Assembly (NCBI RefSeq): GCF_009914755.1
Contig: NC_060929.1
Direction: 5' to 3' (one strand)
Source: the human T2T-CHM13v2.0 reference genome, Homo sapiens
DNA: 64,000 bases
The notes beneath the pieces were generated by a model. That model was not told where the DNA came from, did no database searches, and saw only the letters and a list, made by a program, of their open reading frames with translations. This document shows positions 40,614 to 54,480 of this stretch, piece by piece; position 1 is the stretch's first letter, and the number at the start of each line of letters is the position of its first letter. A program made the translations under genes and the position numbers.

Positions 40614-43600
40614 AAGAAGATCAGCTCCTCTCTCAACCCCTCCAAGCTTCCTTATCAATAAGGACCACTGCCACCATCACATTTGCCACATCAGCCATCC
40701 TCTGATCTCCTAGGGAAAGAGGACTGGGGTTCAAGTCAATTTGCAGGGACTGTTTCTGCACAAATACCCATACCTAGGTTCGTGTGCAGTGCCAGAGTGG
40801 CAAGAGAGGCTGGCTGCCAAGGCTATTTTTGAAGAACTCACCACACTTCTCTGGGATACTGTGAAGGAAATGTCTTGATTTTGCCCCATATGTTTCCTTG
40901 TCCTTTGCAATCCCAGAGATTCAAGACCATTTCATTTCTTATCTCGGCAGTCCTTTCTCCCTAAACTCACGGCCCACCATCACCATGACAGACAGCAAAG
41001 CAATCTCACCTTTCTCTTTAACCTATAAGCTTTATGGCAAAAAGATAAAACACCATGGGAAACAGTGGAGGGAAATGAGGGGGGAAACCCACCCTACTCT
41101 GACCTTGCCCTGCCTTCTCCATTCTGCATTTAGGTAACAGCCCAGATATTTTACACTTTTAGAACCAATGAAAGAGACTTTTTATGTATACATTCTCCAG
41201 TCGAGATGGACCTACCTACTCATATCAAAGGGAGACATTAAGACTCACGGTCAAAACAACTTAAAAAAAATCAAATGCAGGGTGGCACTAGTATTTCCAT
41301 ACAGGAGGAGAGTATGGGGGTGAAAGAAATTAGCAAAGAGGCCATGCCTCACAGCAAGCAAACACACATTAACTTAGACTGCATTTAAGAAGGCCAGTGG
41401 GTAGCTGATAGAGACTATGGAGAGTGGGGATCAGACCTCATTCCTAAGCCATTCCTTGGTGTAGTGCTGATCACCTCATAATATTTGCGCTGTTTTGGGC
41501 TGCCTGACCTATTAGCAAGACTATCAACAACACTTTGAAAGTTCCCCTTGATCTAGTGTCTGAGCACCTAATTGCTGTGGAAGTCTCAGAAATTCCACCC
41601 TAACTCTTCCCAGGAGGGCTAATGGGATGGGGTAGAAAGAGATCCTGGTTCAGATGCCCACTAGCTGTAGGATCTCGGACAAGTAGCCTCTTTCCTGGGC
41701 CCCCATCTACAAAATGGAGAGGCGATTTCCTTCCAGGATAAACATATGATTCAAAGTGGTGTTTATCTGATGTGTGAGAAGCCTGAGATGGAATGTTTAC
41801 TTCCTTTAGAAAATTGGAATTTAACAGCCAAAAGAGTCCTTTTTCCTCTGAAGGAATAAAAAAGAAATCCATTTACTCAATCTGCTAACCCCAAAACCAA
41901 AACAAAGAGTCTGTGGTATAAATGAGTTGGCCAAGATGCCTGCACGTGCTGGCTCACAAGTCAGCCCTCTTCCCTGAGTCATTCTGCAAAATGGCACAGC
42001 AGATTCCTCTGGGTCCGTCAGAAAAGAAAATCTTTTACACTTTTGTATAACTCTATGCATTAAACCATAAATAATTATTCCCCTCTCTTCTACTTTCAGA
42101 ATCTATACAAAAGTGATTACCTCAGTCATTTTTCAACATTACTTTCATACTTGGAAAATGCATTTTCTAAAAGTTATTTATTTTTCACAGCATGTCAGGT
42201 TGTTATATTGTACTAGTTAAAATAAAACTACTATATAAACTACTGTCTACTTTTGCATGCATTACATTTCCCTACAAATGCTGTGAAGCAGGATTTTCAC
42301 AGGGCCTAAATATATTTATCTGAAATATTACATTATACTTTATTTTAGCACCATTCCAGATTTTAAGAAAGAAAGAAACAGGAAAGCCAGTTGTTAAAGT
42401 AACTTCGCTATTAAATAACTTTTTTATTTGGAGTTCCCCATTTCAGAAGAAAAATTATTTAAATATTAAAAGCGGTTTTGTCATGAAACTTAAAACCAAC
42501 ACATACTATTATTCCTTCTCAAGGGCCCTGGGAAGAGCTAAAAATGTCCCATTGGATTTGATTCATGCTCACCTAAAAGCAAGACTTGGGCAGGGAGTAA
42601 AACAAGTAAGGAATAAAATATCGAATGAGTACAGACCACCATTTCTAATAATGAGGTCCCCAGACCCTTGATATACACAGCTAGGTTTAAAATATTTTCT
42701 GGAGTACCTCTAAAAGGTGACAAAACTAAACAAAAGCTTTGCTTGAGGTAATCCTAAATTTTATGCGTAAAATTGTTTTTTGCTCAAATGTAATATTAAC
42801 CATTCTCTAAAGCACTGTGAATTTCTTTAAAATGCCACCTCACTTAAAGACTCCACAAACACAAAAGGACGTAGATCCATTTGTAACTGTAGTGGTGAGG
42901 GTCCTGCAGCTGTGAGTGAGGGGTGCTTGCTTGAGCATCAGCCAAAACAAAGCTGACCCTGGCCAGTAAACCTAAGGAAAGTGCCGCACACCAGCACCAC
43001 ACTGGGCTTAGAAAATGCTGCTCTCAGGCTCTCTCTGTCGCTGAGTGAGAGGCAGAAAGAGGAAGCGCTTAAATATTTAATAAATGATTCTGCAAAGGCT
43101 TTTGAGCCTTGGCATGAAGGGTTTGAAAGCACTATCTACTTTACATCCATTGAGGCCACCACCAAAATGGCTATGATCCAGATTACAAGCGACTCAAGAA
43201 ACTAGTTTTCCTTCCCTTTTTCTTCTTCTGAAGCTGAGTTGGCAGTGGCCTATCTTGAAATCTTTCAGAATTGCTTTAATCTTTCATTTTAGTTTCGTCT
43301 GAAGCCACACTCATGTCCACCCTCAGTGCCCTTGGTGTTGCCAGGCCTTGAGTCCTGGAAACAGGGAAAGCATCCTTGGAGAAATACAGAGAACAAGAAT
43401 GGAGAAAAGAAAACAAAGATTTTTTTACATATGTTTTTAACACAGCCAAATTTAACCAAAGTGTGCTCCCTGGTAGTGCTTTTAACTAACAAGCAGGCAA
43501 TATATTGCACTGTAAAATGTTTTATTTTAACACCTTACAGGTTTAGCTCTGTGGCTGTTGCAGGTATATCCATTAAAAGCAACACAGACTATAAATCAGA

Positions 43601-45384
43601 ATTCCATACCTTTTCACAGCATATGAATCTATTCTCCTGCTGGTAAGCACATAGCTTTCACTGATGCCGATGGGGGTGACATATACTCATGTAGGGAGAA
43701 TAGACCACTCTCTACATGTGAATTTATGCTTTTAGACAGGTGGCTGTATGTAGACAAGAGACACCAATAAACAGATTTTATAGTAGCTGTTTAGAAACGG
43801 ATTCTGTGCTACATATCTACAGAGGAACAGTCATCTTTTCCAAAGAGAAATACAGAGGCAAACCCTTGGCAGACTTACAATCCACAGTTCAGTACACCAC
43901 AATTTGGTACCCATCGTCACACACATCAATGGTCATTTGAACTGAGCTTGACCAATCCCCAATGCCTTAATAAACTAACAGTATTTCTGAAATTCCAATT
44001 ATGCTGAATCTAACTCATCCCTGCTATGAAAACATAGCAAACACTGCATGGAAAAGGCAAACGTTAACTTTTTAATGTTCTGTGTCATATACATACCTAC
44101 CTGAACACAGGGTGCAGATTCTCAGAGGAATAGGTTTTTCATGAAGTAGAAATCTTTTAGATCACTGCTAAAGGGACTCATACATTGGCTTTAAGGGAAT
44201 ATATATACTTCTTACGTTTAAAAAAATAAATACTAAAACAGCCTGTCGCGTATGGATTCTGTGTGGTTATTTTATGTATTTCATTTCTTTGAATGACATT
44301 TACTTTGATTTTCTTTCTGCATTTTAGTCACTTCTAGAAAGGGATCCCAGGAATAATGCAAATTACAAAAGCAGATGTAGAAAATATTTTTTAAAAGCAG
44401 CCTAAATTTCCATAATTTACATTAGATATTCACACCTGCACAGAGGTTGACATTCAGCACATGCATCTAGCTGTGTGTGATGAACACAGAGCTTTTACCA
44501 GAATAAAATGTCTATTTCTAGAGAAATCCATAAACTAGAAACAGACCAGCTCCTATATTTAGTTCCTTCCTGTACTTCATTTTAAAGACGCCTCCTAGAA
44601 GATATTGGAAGGGTCAGCTCACTGTTATTTACTGCACCAAATATTGCTTATGATTGACACTGTCATGTCCGTGTGTTGCAGAGACTTAAAGGCCATGACG
44701 AGATTTAACTACTCACTTTTGCTTGCATGGCTGTGGTGGAGGAAACCACAGAATACTGATCTATCCAAAAGAGAAAAAAATTAGAGAGAGTGTCACAGTG
44801 GAATTTATGAATGAGAGTGCTTTGGCTGCAAAGCATTCCCATTATAGCCCCTCAGCCACCACAAAACTGCTGTGTAATTGGAAGGGAACTTTTTCCCATG
44901 CAAAAAAGCTTGCTGTCGGCGCCAACCCATCAAAGCCATGGCATGGAGGGATGCACACCTGCAGGTAGCCTACCTCATTCATGGGGATCCTGGTCCCTGC
45001 CTGCATCTTCTGCTCACAAAGGGATCTGGATCTGAGAAGATCAGATCACAGAAGCAGGGAATGAGGACGTGGCAAACCTTGACGGTCCTTTCATCCACTC
45101 AATTCAGAGGTGAGGAAACTGAAGCTCCAAAAAAAGCAAAATAAACAAGTCCCAGGTACATAGCCCATCAAAGGCAAAGCCTGGACCCGAAGCCAGCCTT
45201 TCTCTTGCATCCCAGCCCATCCATATATCTAAAAGCTGACCCTATTTCAGTGTTTATTTACCTAAAACTATGATCAATGAATTCAAATATCCTAAATGTC
45301 ATTCTGGCTGGGAAACAATAAACTTCCTCCAAACCAGTTTACACATATTACTGTTTTCCCAAAGGAAAAAAAAAATTCTTTGCC

Positions 45385-45427
45385 TGTGTGTGTGTGTGTG
45401 TGTGTGTGTGCATGTGTGTGTGTATGT
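45385..45427. repeat. (TG)n microsatellite
   Basis: About 13 perfect TG units plus an interrupted extension. Confidence 0.95.
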
Positions 45428-45814
45428 TTTGGCTCCCCAGCAACAAAAACTATATTAAAGCTTAAAATAATTACCTCCTTTTTCAGTTACTTAAAAAAAA
45501 TCCGTCTTCTAAAGACAAGTGTACCATAGCCCTCCTACTTATTAATATCTTAAATTTTAAAAAGTCTAAGTTGTTAAGTTCTGTAGAGTGTTCACAAGTT
45601 TGGATGACTTTATAGCATGTGTTACATATATTTTATTTTTATTTACCAAACATTCACAGTAAAAAAAAAAAAAATAAAAAAGTTAAATAGGATGTCATGA
45701 CAGGGAGCTACTAGGTAGCTGCTTAAGGTTAGGCTTCAGGAAAGCCCTCTTAAAAAATATCTCTGGAAAGGATAAGGCCTGATTCACATAACTTATATTT
45801 TATCATAGGTGAAA

Positions 45815-46040
45815 TAATAATAGTAGCTGATATTTATGAAGCACCTACTGTCTAACTGAATCAGGTACCTATAGAATGTATTGTTTCAACAACACCAAGC
45901 AATCCAGCAGGATGGATGTTGCTTTCTCTATTTTGCAGACAAAAACTCCAAGTTCCAAAGAGATGAGGTTACTTTTCCAAGGTCTTATGGCTAGTTAGGA
46001 ACATTGGAGGCTTGGAACCCTTGTCCATCTGACTCCAGCA
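45815..46040 (-). mobile_element. MIR SINE
   Basis: 'aataataatagtagctgatatttatgaagcacctact...ttttgcagacaaaaact...ccaaggtcttatggctagt'. Confidence 0.7.
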
Positions 46041-46109
46041 TGTATGTTTGGACTCTAAGGGGAAAATGCAGGCATAAGAGATTTGCTCAGTTTGATCATC
46101 ACTTCACTG

Positions 46110-46330
46110 AGGACACATTTCCAGAACCCTCAATAAGCCAGTTCTTCTCCCTGGCATATCATATCATCCTCCTGCCCTTTCCTTCATAGCACCTAAAACA
46201 ATTGTAATTTTACCTTTATTTATGTGATTCTTTGAATGACTGTCTCTCCCACTAGACTGTAAAGTCTATGCAAAGTCTACAACAGTCTTCGCTTGGTACA
46301 TAGTAGGTGTCCACTGAATGAATAAATGAC
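46110..46330 (+). mobile_element. L2 LINE 3' end
   Basis: 'tgtctctcccactagactgtaaagtctatg...tggtacatagtaggtgtccactgaatgaataaatga'. Confidence 0.85.
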
Positions 46331-49300
46331 CCACTACTCCAAACTTCAAGCCAGGAGAATTGGTATCACTGTCTTATTATTCTAGCCAGATCTGATAACA
46401 ACCACAATTTAGATTCAAATTATGTCTTTTATTTAAACATCTCAAAGCAAGATAAAAATAAACAGCTGGAAATAGCTTGCAATAAAAGAGAGAGAGACCA
46501 AAATAAGTTTAGGACTCTGCCAAAGGTCTTAATGGTAGCAACAAAACCATAAATGTCTCTCGGCACTTCATACGTCATGAGGGCTTGCAGATGGAAATAA
46601 TATCAGTATCCATTCTCTGCTTCTGCTTCGGCTCACCAAGACACTACTCCAGAAAAAGGTGATGTGATTTATTCTGCATTCTATCATTCTGAATCTTCTA
46701 TTAACTGGCACTTGTGCAGTCACAGTACAATGATAAATGATAGTCATAATTGTGACCCTAATTCACAGCAAGTCACCAAGGTATCTCTGAATCACAGAAA
46801 AATGTCACTAGGTGAGAAGTTCTTTGAGAGATGGGAACACTTTATACAATTCCCCCAGGGACCTTATACAACACCTAATTGTTGAATAAAACTGTATTGA
46901 TCATAGCTATGTTATTATATCTAAAAATGATGTTCTGTGTATATCATATGAAGAAATTATCTATTAACCAGAATGTTTAACTACATAGAATACCCACTAA
47001 TGTTTGTTAAGAGAAATTTAATTCATCTTAAGTGTAAGTGATGACAATCTTAGCAGAGGATATTGGGCCCAACCTCCTATTTATTAAGCAACAAATTACA
47101 TTATTGGAAACACTGGGCTTTTGAAGGACCCCAAGTTAATGCAGGTGTTGTGGGGGTTGTCGCTATTGTTGTTGTTTTAATCTACTAAAAACTATTGTCT
47201 GAATACTTAAATTTTCATATAATTAAACAAACCAAAACTATAAAGTGTGTTCTGTCTCACAAGAGAATCCTAGCTGGTGTGTAGGAGTGGAGGAAGTGGA
47301 CTCAGGACAAATAAAAATTCACTGCATTTTTAACATATAAACTAATCATTCCTCTCTCTTCCAGTGTAAGTCACGAGGCAGAAAATACATGTGGAGTATG
47401 TACATTGCCACAGAGTATTCATATAACATAAAAATTAAAAGTAAAATTATATTCTTCTAAAGTGCAGGTCCCCAAGATTTTTCTCTCTGAGTCAAATAAG
47501 TAGTCTATTACTCACTGTTGTTGTCATTTATTCAATTATACGTAGTGTTAACTAAGTAGTGTAATATAAAGAGTGTAGTTATTATGACAATATTTCCTTA
47601 TCTCATCTATTTCATATCCCCTTTCTCTCATTCATGTATATTTGTATATTTCTAAAGTAACTTCTTAAGGATCACAAGGGAATTTGTTAATTTCTATAAA
47701 CAAAACCACAGGAAAAAGAAAATCTTCAATGTACCAGAGCTAAAAACAAAGATTCAAAAGAAGGGGAAAATATTAAACAACCTTAAGACCTTACCAAATA
47801 CATTTAATCCTTTGAATAACTGTATAAATATTTGAGTGTCTTTTATTTATGTTTTCCTCCTTTTATTATAAAGTAAGATAGGCTTTATGAAGTAGTCCTT
47901 TAAGAAAAAAGGAAAAAAAGAAACTTTGGTTCATTATTTAACTTCCGAAAAGCCAACATCAAAGGTTAGATTTTTGGCATTCAAGATCAGATCATTTGTA
48001 ATTTCTTCTTTTTTTAATGTTTTTTAAATTTTCATGTGGAGAAGAATCAGAGATCTCAAGAATTCTTATCTGGAGGCCTCTCTTAGCCAAGCTGAGCTGA
48101 TGGGAGCAACTTTTTTGTGCCAAAACGCAGAAGAGAAGTTATACACAGTTCCTCCCTCCCTCCTTTTTTCTCCCCTACGTACACCCACTTTCTGACTCAA
48201 AATGAATTTTTTTTTCCCCTTGTATTTAAAAGAAGAAGAAAAAAAAAAGAATCCTTGTCGTATTGGAAGTGTGACATTACAATTCATTGCATTAAAAAAA
48301 AGATCTGAAACTCCCAAATTTACTTAACAAATCCACAATGTTTATTTAGGACCAGGGTGAGGGGTGCTTCCTATTTGCATATGGTATCCTGTGAATTTAC
48401 TATATGCATAATTTTTAGGTACTTAATGAATGATTCAAATAGAAACAGAATTAGAATGCAGACAATGACAGTCATGACACTCAGGGACAATGAAGTAGGA
48501 TGGAAGTCCAAAGCTGTTTGGCTAAATCAAATTGTGCATCCTAAAATCCAATTTCTATTGAAACTGCAGGAGCTTGAGATAAAGTTGTCATAAAGTCTTA
48601 TCAAGATTAGTCAAGATAACATGAACATTAGGAAGCCATATTTAGATCATTCCAATTCTCCCATCTTCCCACCACAAAAAGGACTGGAGGAGAAAATGAT
48701 CCAGACAGTTCACCTTGATTCTCTTCTCCCTCAGCTCCCCATAGCCTATCTGAGCTTTGTTCCCTGCCCACTGCCTTCTAGCTCTGCCACCAGTAATGAC
48801 CAAGACTTCATTATCTCTGGGCCATTACTATCCCAGTAACTTCCCAAATTGATCTCCTTGCCTCTGGGAACTGTTCCCTACAGCTCTCCGTATATTCCTC
48901 CAAGTCTAACTCAAATATCCCTTCTCTCTAGCTTTCCATGACCCCCACACAGAATTAATCAATTCCGATACAGGTGCCCCTGACACTCTGTCCCACCATT
49001 TAACCATCTTATCAGTTACTCTTGGTTTGCATATGACTATGCCTCTCAGTGCACAGACCCTCGAGGGTAGAAAATGTCTGTTTCACTAGCATATGAGCAA
49101 TAGCATCTCCCACAAAACAGGCTCTCAATAATCTTGTTGAATTGAACCCACTAGGTCTACTGGTGAATTTTAGCTATTCCCATAATTGTGTCGACTTGTG
49201 CAATGACAAAAATCCTACTTATTAAAACATTCTACTGTAACATAAGCGGAATGTGTAAGAGCCATGGGCCTAAGTGGAGTGGTGGAAGGGAAGAGACCTC

Positions 49301-49574
49301 AAATAGGCCAAAGCATCATTTCAAAATCCTTTTCTCAAAGAGCACATTAAGTAGAAGAGACAGCATGCCAGGACTGGAGACTCAAGCTACTAGTGAGCGT
49401 CTTTCTTTTTTTAAACAGGTGCTTATTGAGTTGTACACTCTGCTACAGATTAATGATTCAGAGACTAATAAGATGTGATCTCTGCCCTCCAGAAAACTGG
49501 TGACAAAGACATAGTATGGAGGGGTAAATCTGAGAAACCTAAGATTGGATAAGATTCATGACTGGCAGGATCAA

Positions 49575-49758
49575 CAGTGTTCTGAGTAAAGTGGGTGGAG
49601 GGAGCCCGGCTCTGTAGTGTTTGCCAATTTCTATGGTGTAAATATCCCCACTATGAATGACTTCAAGCTACCAATGTGATATCACTGAACAGAGCTGGGA
49701 AAAGATTCACTCAGTTGGTTCTCATGAGTCCACATAAGCCAGCTACAGCACAACACTG
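49575..49758. mobile_element. MER63A-like hAT-Blackjack element
   Basis: Termini cagtgtt / caacactg; internal 'tgtagtgtttgccaatttctatggtgtaaatatccccactatg...ttcaagctaccaatgtgatatcactgaac'. Confidence 0.8.
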
Positions 49759-49799
49759 GACAGAATCCGTACCCTCCACAGCCACAAGCTACATTGCTT

Positions 49800-50440
49800 T
49801 TCATCCAATAACTCATTCAATAGATATTACTGCGTACCGAGTGTCTGGCACTGTGTTTATTATTGAGTACTGAGTGTCAGGAGGAATAGAATAGTAAACA
49901 AACAACCACAGCTCCTGGCTGCATGGGGCTTAGAGCATCCTATGCTGGGAACTGACCCAGCTGGGGAGTGAAGGTGTCTCTGAGAACTGAAGGGAAAGGG
50001 GCTAGAATCTGACGGATGAATTGAGCTTCTCAGAGAGGAAGGAATGTCCGTGACAGAAGCAATGGGAACAGCAGATGAGTAAGAAAGTTGGCTTTTATCC
50101 TAAGAACAATAAGGAGCCACTGATGAGTTAAAGGCTACAGAATGTCGTGATCAGCTTCGAATTCTCAAAAGCTTACTTTGGCTCCTATAAGGAGAGAAGG
50201 GTCTCTAGAGAAACCAAAAGATTGCAGAGACACCAATCTGGAGTTAAGGCAGGAGTCAGGTGGCAGAGTTGGGGTGGCGCAAAGGGGACAGAGCTGAGAG
50301 ATAACTAGTATGGCTGACAGAGATGGGGGAGGGGCAACAGCAAGGATGACTCCTCGGTTCCTATAACTGAAGGGACAGAGAAATCCATCAATAATAAGGA
50401 GGAAGATGAATTCATGTTTTGACATTGAGTTTTCATCCAC
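49800..50440 (-). mobile_element. L2 LINE fragment
   Basis: 'actcattcaatagatattactgcgtaccgagtgtctggcactgtg...ggcttttatcctaagaacaataaggagccactga...ggatgactcctcggttcct'. Confidence 0.8.
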
Positions 50441-51089
50441 ATGAATTTTATGTTCCCCTTTGTGTAAAAAGACTCCCTACAAAAGAAAACCCATACCTCT
50501 TCTCATGCCCTTCAAGGTCCTTCACACATCAGCCCCAACCCTTTTGTACCCATTGCCACATACCCCATTACTGCTATTTCCCTCCCACGGGGGTATAACC
50601 TTTCCAAAACTTTTAGTAAATTCATAGAAGCCTGTCTGAACTTTTTCTCTCACATCCCCCATCAAAGTCTGCTTTCTGATCCTTGCTTCTTGGAAGGACA
50701 CATGTTCAGCATCTTACAGAGCTGCCCAACCCAGAACTGTCTGCATTTCAGACAGAAGAAAAACCTCCAATCATGTCTCATTCATCTTTGCATCACCTGG
50801 ACCTTTCAGGAGATAGGCACTATATTTTCCACATGCTCCATGTGGAAATACCTTATTCTCCAGAGCAAAATCATAACACCTGGTCCAACAGCATGAACAC
50901 TCTTAGGGAAGAAGACAGAATGGTCTCCAGACATACAATGAGCACTCAACAAACATTTGTGGTATATGAATTTGTGCACTTCTTGATGGACTCAATGAAG
51001 AATCACCAGATGCCTCCTACACCCAAGTACGCAGTAGGTACTCAATAAAGAAAAAAGGATGGACTATCAAGCTTCCCTCCCCATAGGAA

Positions 51090-51557
51090 CTTTACACTCA
51101 GCTTCTATAACAGATGCATCTGGTGCCTACCTCACATCCCTGTGTCCCACCTCTGACTTCAGCCACATGTCTGACCCTGACCACAACCTGCTATGTCGTG
51201 GCTTCCTTCCACGGCATGCCAACTCTGAAGCAGATGCCCAGCCTGCACACCAGCACCCTGGGACAGCCCTCAACCAAGAGGGGACAGGTGCCAGGAGATA
51301 ATGCTCTAGCCTCTTGTACTTCTGGAGCCTGGCTCTAGGAGGCACATTTTACTCTGTCCCTTAGAAGATTCCAATGGGACCATGTACCAGCCACAGCAGT
51401 GACTCTGATAATACATCACTGCCTTACTTTTTCTTCCTTGCCTTTTTTCCCTCTTCTCTCTCCCTCATTTCCTGCTTCCTAAGATCATGCCCATATAAAC
51501 TACCTGCATCCAAATCCCTGCTGAAGGTCTAATTTCTGGGGAACTGCAAACTAAGAA
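51090..51557 (+). mobile_element. ERVL solo LTR (LTR16-like)
   Basis: 3' end 'tgcttcctaagatcatgcccatataaactacctgcatccaaatccctg...aaggtctaatttctggggaactgcaaactaaga'; 5' edge uncertain. Confidence 0.7.
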
Positions 51558-52945
51558 AGCCTCTGATCTAAGCCAGCCATTTCAGGATCCACAAGAGACT
51601 CTTTCACTCTGGCTGATGAATTCCACACCAAAAACAGGGTGAGGGCCGTTCAGCAACTTTTCAGTTCTGTTGTTCTCTGAGGACATCTGTGGATGTTTTC
51701 AGTGGAAGCAGTACACAGTAAGTGCTAAATACACATGTCTTCCAAATTAAATCCAGGTAAAAATCCAGCTTCTTCACAAGTAGTAAAAAGGAGGTAATAA
51801 TGTACATGGCATCCCAAATTATTCATTTTGTCACACCATTCCCCTGCATTCGTCAGGATTTCATTTGGCTCCTTTTTCCAACCTTAGCCCAGCATGCTAG
51901 CAGGTATTTATCAATATATTAAATGCTACTTAAACTTCCTAAAATGATCCCAGAACAGTAAAGGGGAAAAAAGCTTCTGATTTAAAGCTAAACATACACA
52001 GCTATCCATTAGCATGACAATGTCTGCATTTTACTTAGACATTGCCATTAATAATGAAATGATGTATGATTTCCACTCCAGCAGCTCTTCCTTCCTTGCA
52101 CAATCAATTATACATTTAAGAAAATACTTAGTGGATAGAAAGCTCCTCTAATTAAGCATCACTTGAGGGAGCTTGTGAGATTCTTAAAACTAGAAAAGAT
52201 ATCTCAGAGAAGTAGGATGGTGGAGGGAAAAAAAATCCACTCAAAATGTTTGAGTCTTGATTAGACAAACTCTCAGGCATTCTGAACCACTATGAAAGGA
52301 AAAACTCACACACACATATATTTTAACCCAATAGACTTTGAGGCGAACTAAATATTCTGCAAAATGTAAAAACTTTCTCTTTGTTCCAGCTAAGAAGCCA
52401 GGACTAAATTGAAATTAGATATTTTGGTTGAGATCCAGCCCCAGCCCCAGAATTGCTGTCCCTTTTTTGTCTTCCCTGTCAAAATCATTGAGGAGTTAAG
52501 ATAGTTGGTTCTTCAGAACTCTGGAAATTGTCCAACGTTAGAATCAAATAGAAATAGCATAAGATTTCCCAGAAGGCAAAACAAGGATGGTTTTCCTCAC
52601 TAAAATTATTACATATCACATCGTGTTCTTGGGAGGGGTGCTTATCTGGTGATAATCTCCAGAATGATTTTACATCCCGGTTGTCCTACAAAACTAACTC
52701 TCTCCGACACAGCACAGCAAATTCATTCAATTTGGTGGGTCCTAACGCTTTCTCTTTCTCTCCCTCTAGAGGCAGAAAATGAAGCACTAAATAAGGTTTA
52801 ATTTCACGGCATTAAAAACAAAACCAAGGATAAGCCACTCTGACAGGAACAGAAAGCAGGCCTTGGAAGAAGGCAAGGAGTATGTCAAGAAAGTGGATAC
52901 AGGAGAACCAGGGGACAGCGGGGAGAGAAGTAAACAAGAGGTTCG

Positions 52946-52946
52946 T

Positions 52947-52989
<43 letters not shown>

Positions 52990-53064
52990 TTTCTCTCTCT
53001 CTCCTCTCCTCCCTCTCTCTCTCCTCTCCTCCCTCTCTCTCTCCTCTCCTCCCTCTCCCTCTCT
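52946..53064. repeat. 119-nt pure polypyrimidine (CT)n tract with a 20-bp higher-order unit
   Basis: No purine from 52946 to 53064; ctcctctcctccctctctct at 53001-53020 and 53021-53040, partial third copy from 53041. Confidence 0.95.
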
Positions 53065-54049
53065 GCATTGCTCTTCCTCTGCCCCTGTATCTATGACTCT
53101 GTATCCCTGTCTGTCTCTTCCTCTTGTTCTCTCTTGACTTCTACCCCTCCATGCTTCCCCACCAGGACCATCAGTCCTCCCACAAGGGACTGTCTCCCCT
53201 CCTGCCCAGGTGGCTTCTCCTACAAGAGGAGACAACAATAAATTTCCAGGACAATGTACGTGGTGTGGGTGTGATAAACATGTCACCAGAGACAGCAGAT
53301 GTCCCTTGACTTTAGTGACTTGGCCTTCAGAAGCCCCTCCTTTCTCCAGCTCCCCTGGGCCCCTGAGTCTCAGTCATAGCTCTCAGAACTTTGGTCAACT
53401 GTGCTAGGCCACCAGTTACTTTCTGCACACAGGCCATAAGCATGTTTGTAACATACTTGTGCATGAACTCACTTATAAGGGTTGACTGACTCCTGCCTCC
53501 GTTCATCCTGCTAGCCAGTCTGGCTGGGTTCAGCCAGGAGCCCTCCTTCCCCGCCAAGGCTTAGAAGCAAACTCAGAAGAAACCCAGCGGCAAGCAAGAA
53601 TTGCTCCCGGAGGGAGTAGTGGGTACAAAGCTGGGTGCCTGTGCTCTTTTTAATTCCCCATTCTGGCAAAAAGAAAACCTCAGGTCTGACTTTAGAGCCT
53701 TTGACACATAATTGGTAGCCAATTTTCCTAAGTGGTGAGTCAATTTTCTGCTTGTGAAATGTAACTTTACCCTGGTGAACACCAGGCCCCAGGGTTTTCA
53801 GTGTGGCTTAACAGCAATTATACGAATGTTAGGAAGGGGGGAAGTGTTAAAGTCCCTACATTTACATTTGTTTTTTATGTTTTTACCTCTTAAAGGGATA
53901 GGAGAAGTCTCCTAACCAAGTAACCTATGAAAAACTCACCCAAAGACAGGCACAGGATATCCTGGGAAGGAAAACCATTTTGAAGCCGCACCACAAAGGG
54001 TTCCTTTTTTTTTTATTTTAATTCTCAAATATTCTCACAAGTAGTGAGA

Positions 54050-54480
54050 TGTCACGGGGAGGGCACAACATTTAGAGGTCAAGGCATCCTTTTCCTGGTT
54101 CCCCTTGGGCTACTTTCTTTGCTCCCACCCTGTCCCCTCTCTCCCCTCCCCAGCCCCCCAAACAAATCCCCCGGTGAGCGCTAGGCCCCGCCTCGGGCCG
54201 CATTCCCTCCCCCTCCCCCCCGCTCCCGCAGCCCCCCACCCCCCCACCCCGCCGCCCGGCGGCTGACGGCTCCCGCTCCACATGTGCGACTCGTGTTTCG
54301 GCTTTCGCTGGCGACAAACTGGAGCCGGGGCCTTTCCGCTTAGGAGGAACTCGCTACGTGTCGCTAACAACAACACAAACACCGCCGGCCCGGCTCGGTG
54401 CTCCGCTGCCCACAGTGCGCTCGGCACCAGGGCTGGATTTATAGCAAGGAGCCCCGACTGTAAGAAGTAATTCATGAGTC
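54050..54480 (-). promoter_or_regulatory. Small CpG island; candidate internal promoter
   Basis: Only CpG-dense GC-rich block in the window; GC boxes (ccccgcc); minus-strand TATAAAT at 54443-54437 and Inr-like CGCACT with A at 54416. Confidence 0.7.

Noticed and set aside
51251-51270. REST/RE1-like CAGCACC-ctg-GGACAG
   Set aside because: Half-site spacer is 3 nt instead of the canonical 2, and the site lies in a decayed LTR
52787-53286. ER-rich and SL-rich ORFs
   Set aside because: Artefacts of the stop-free (CT)n/(GA)n tract
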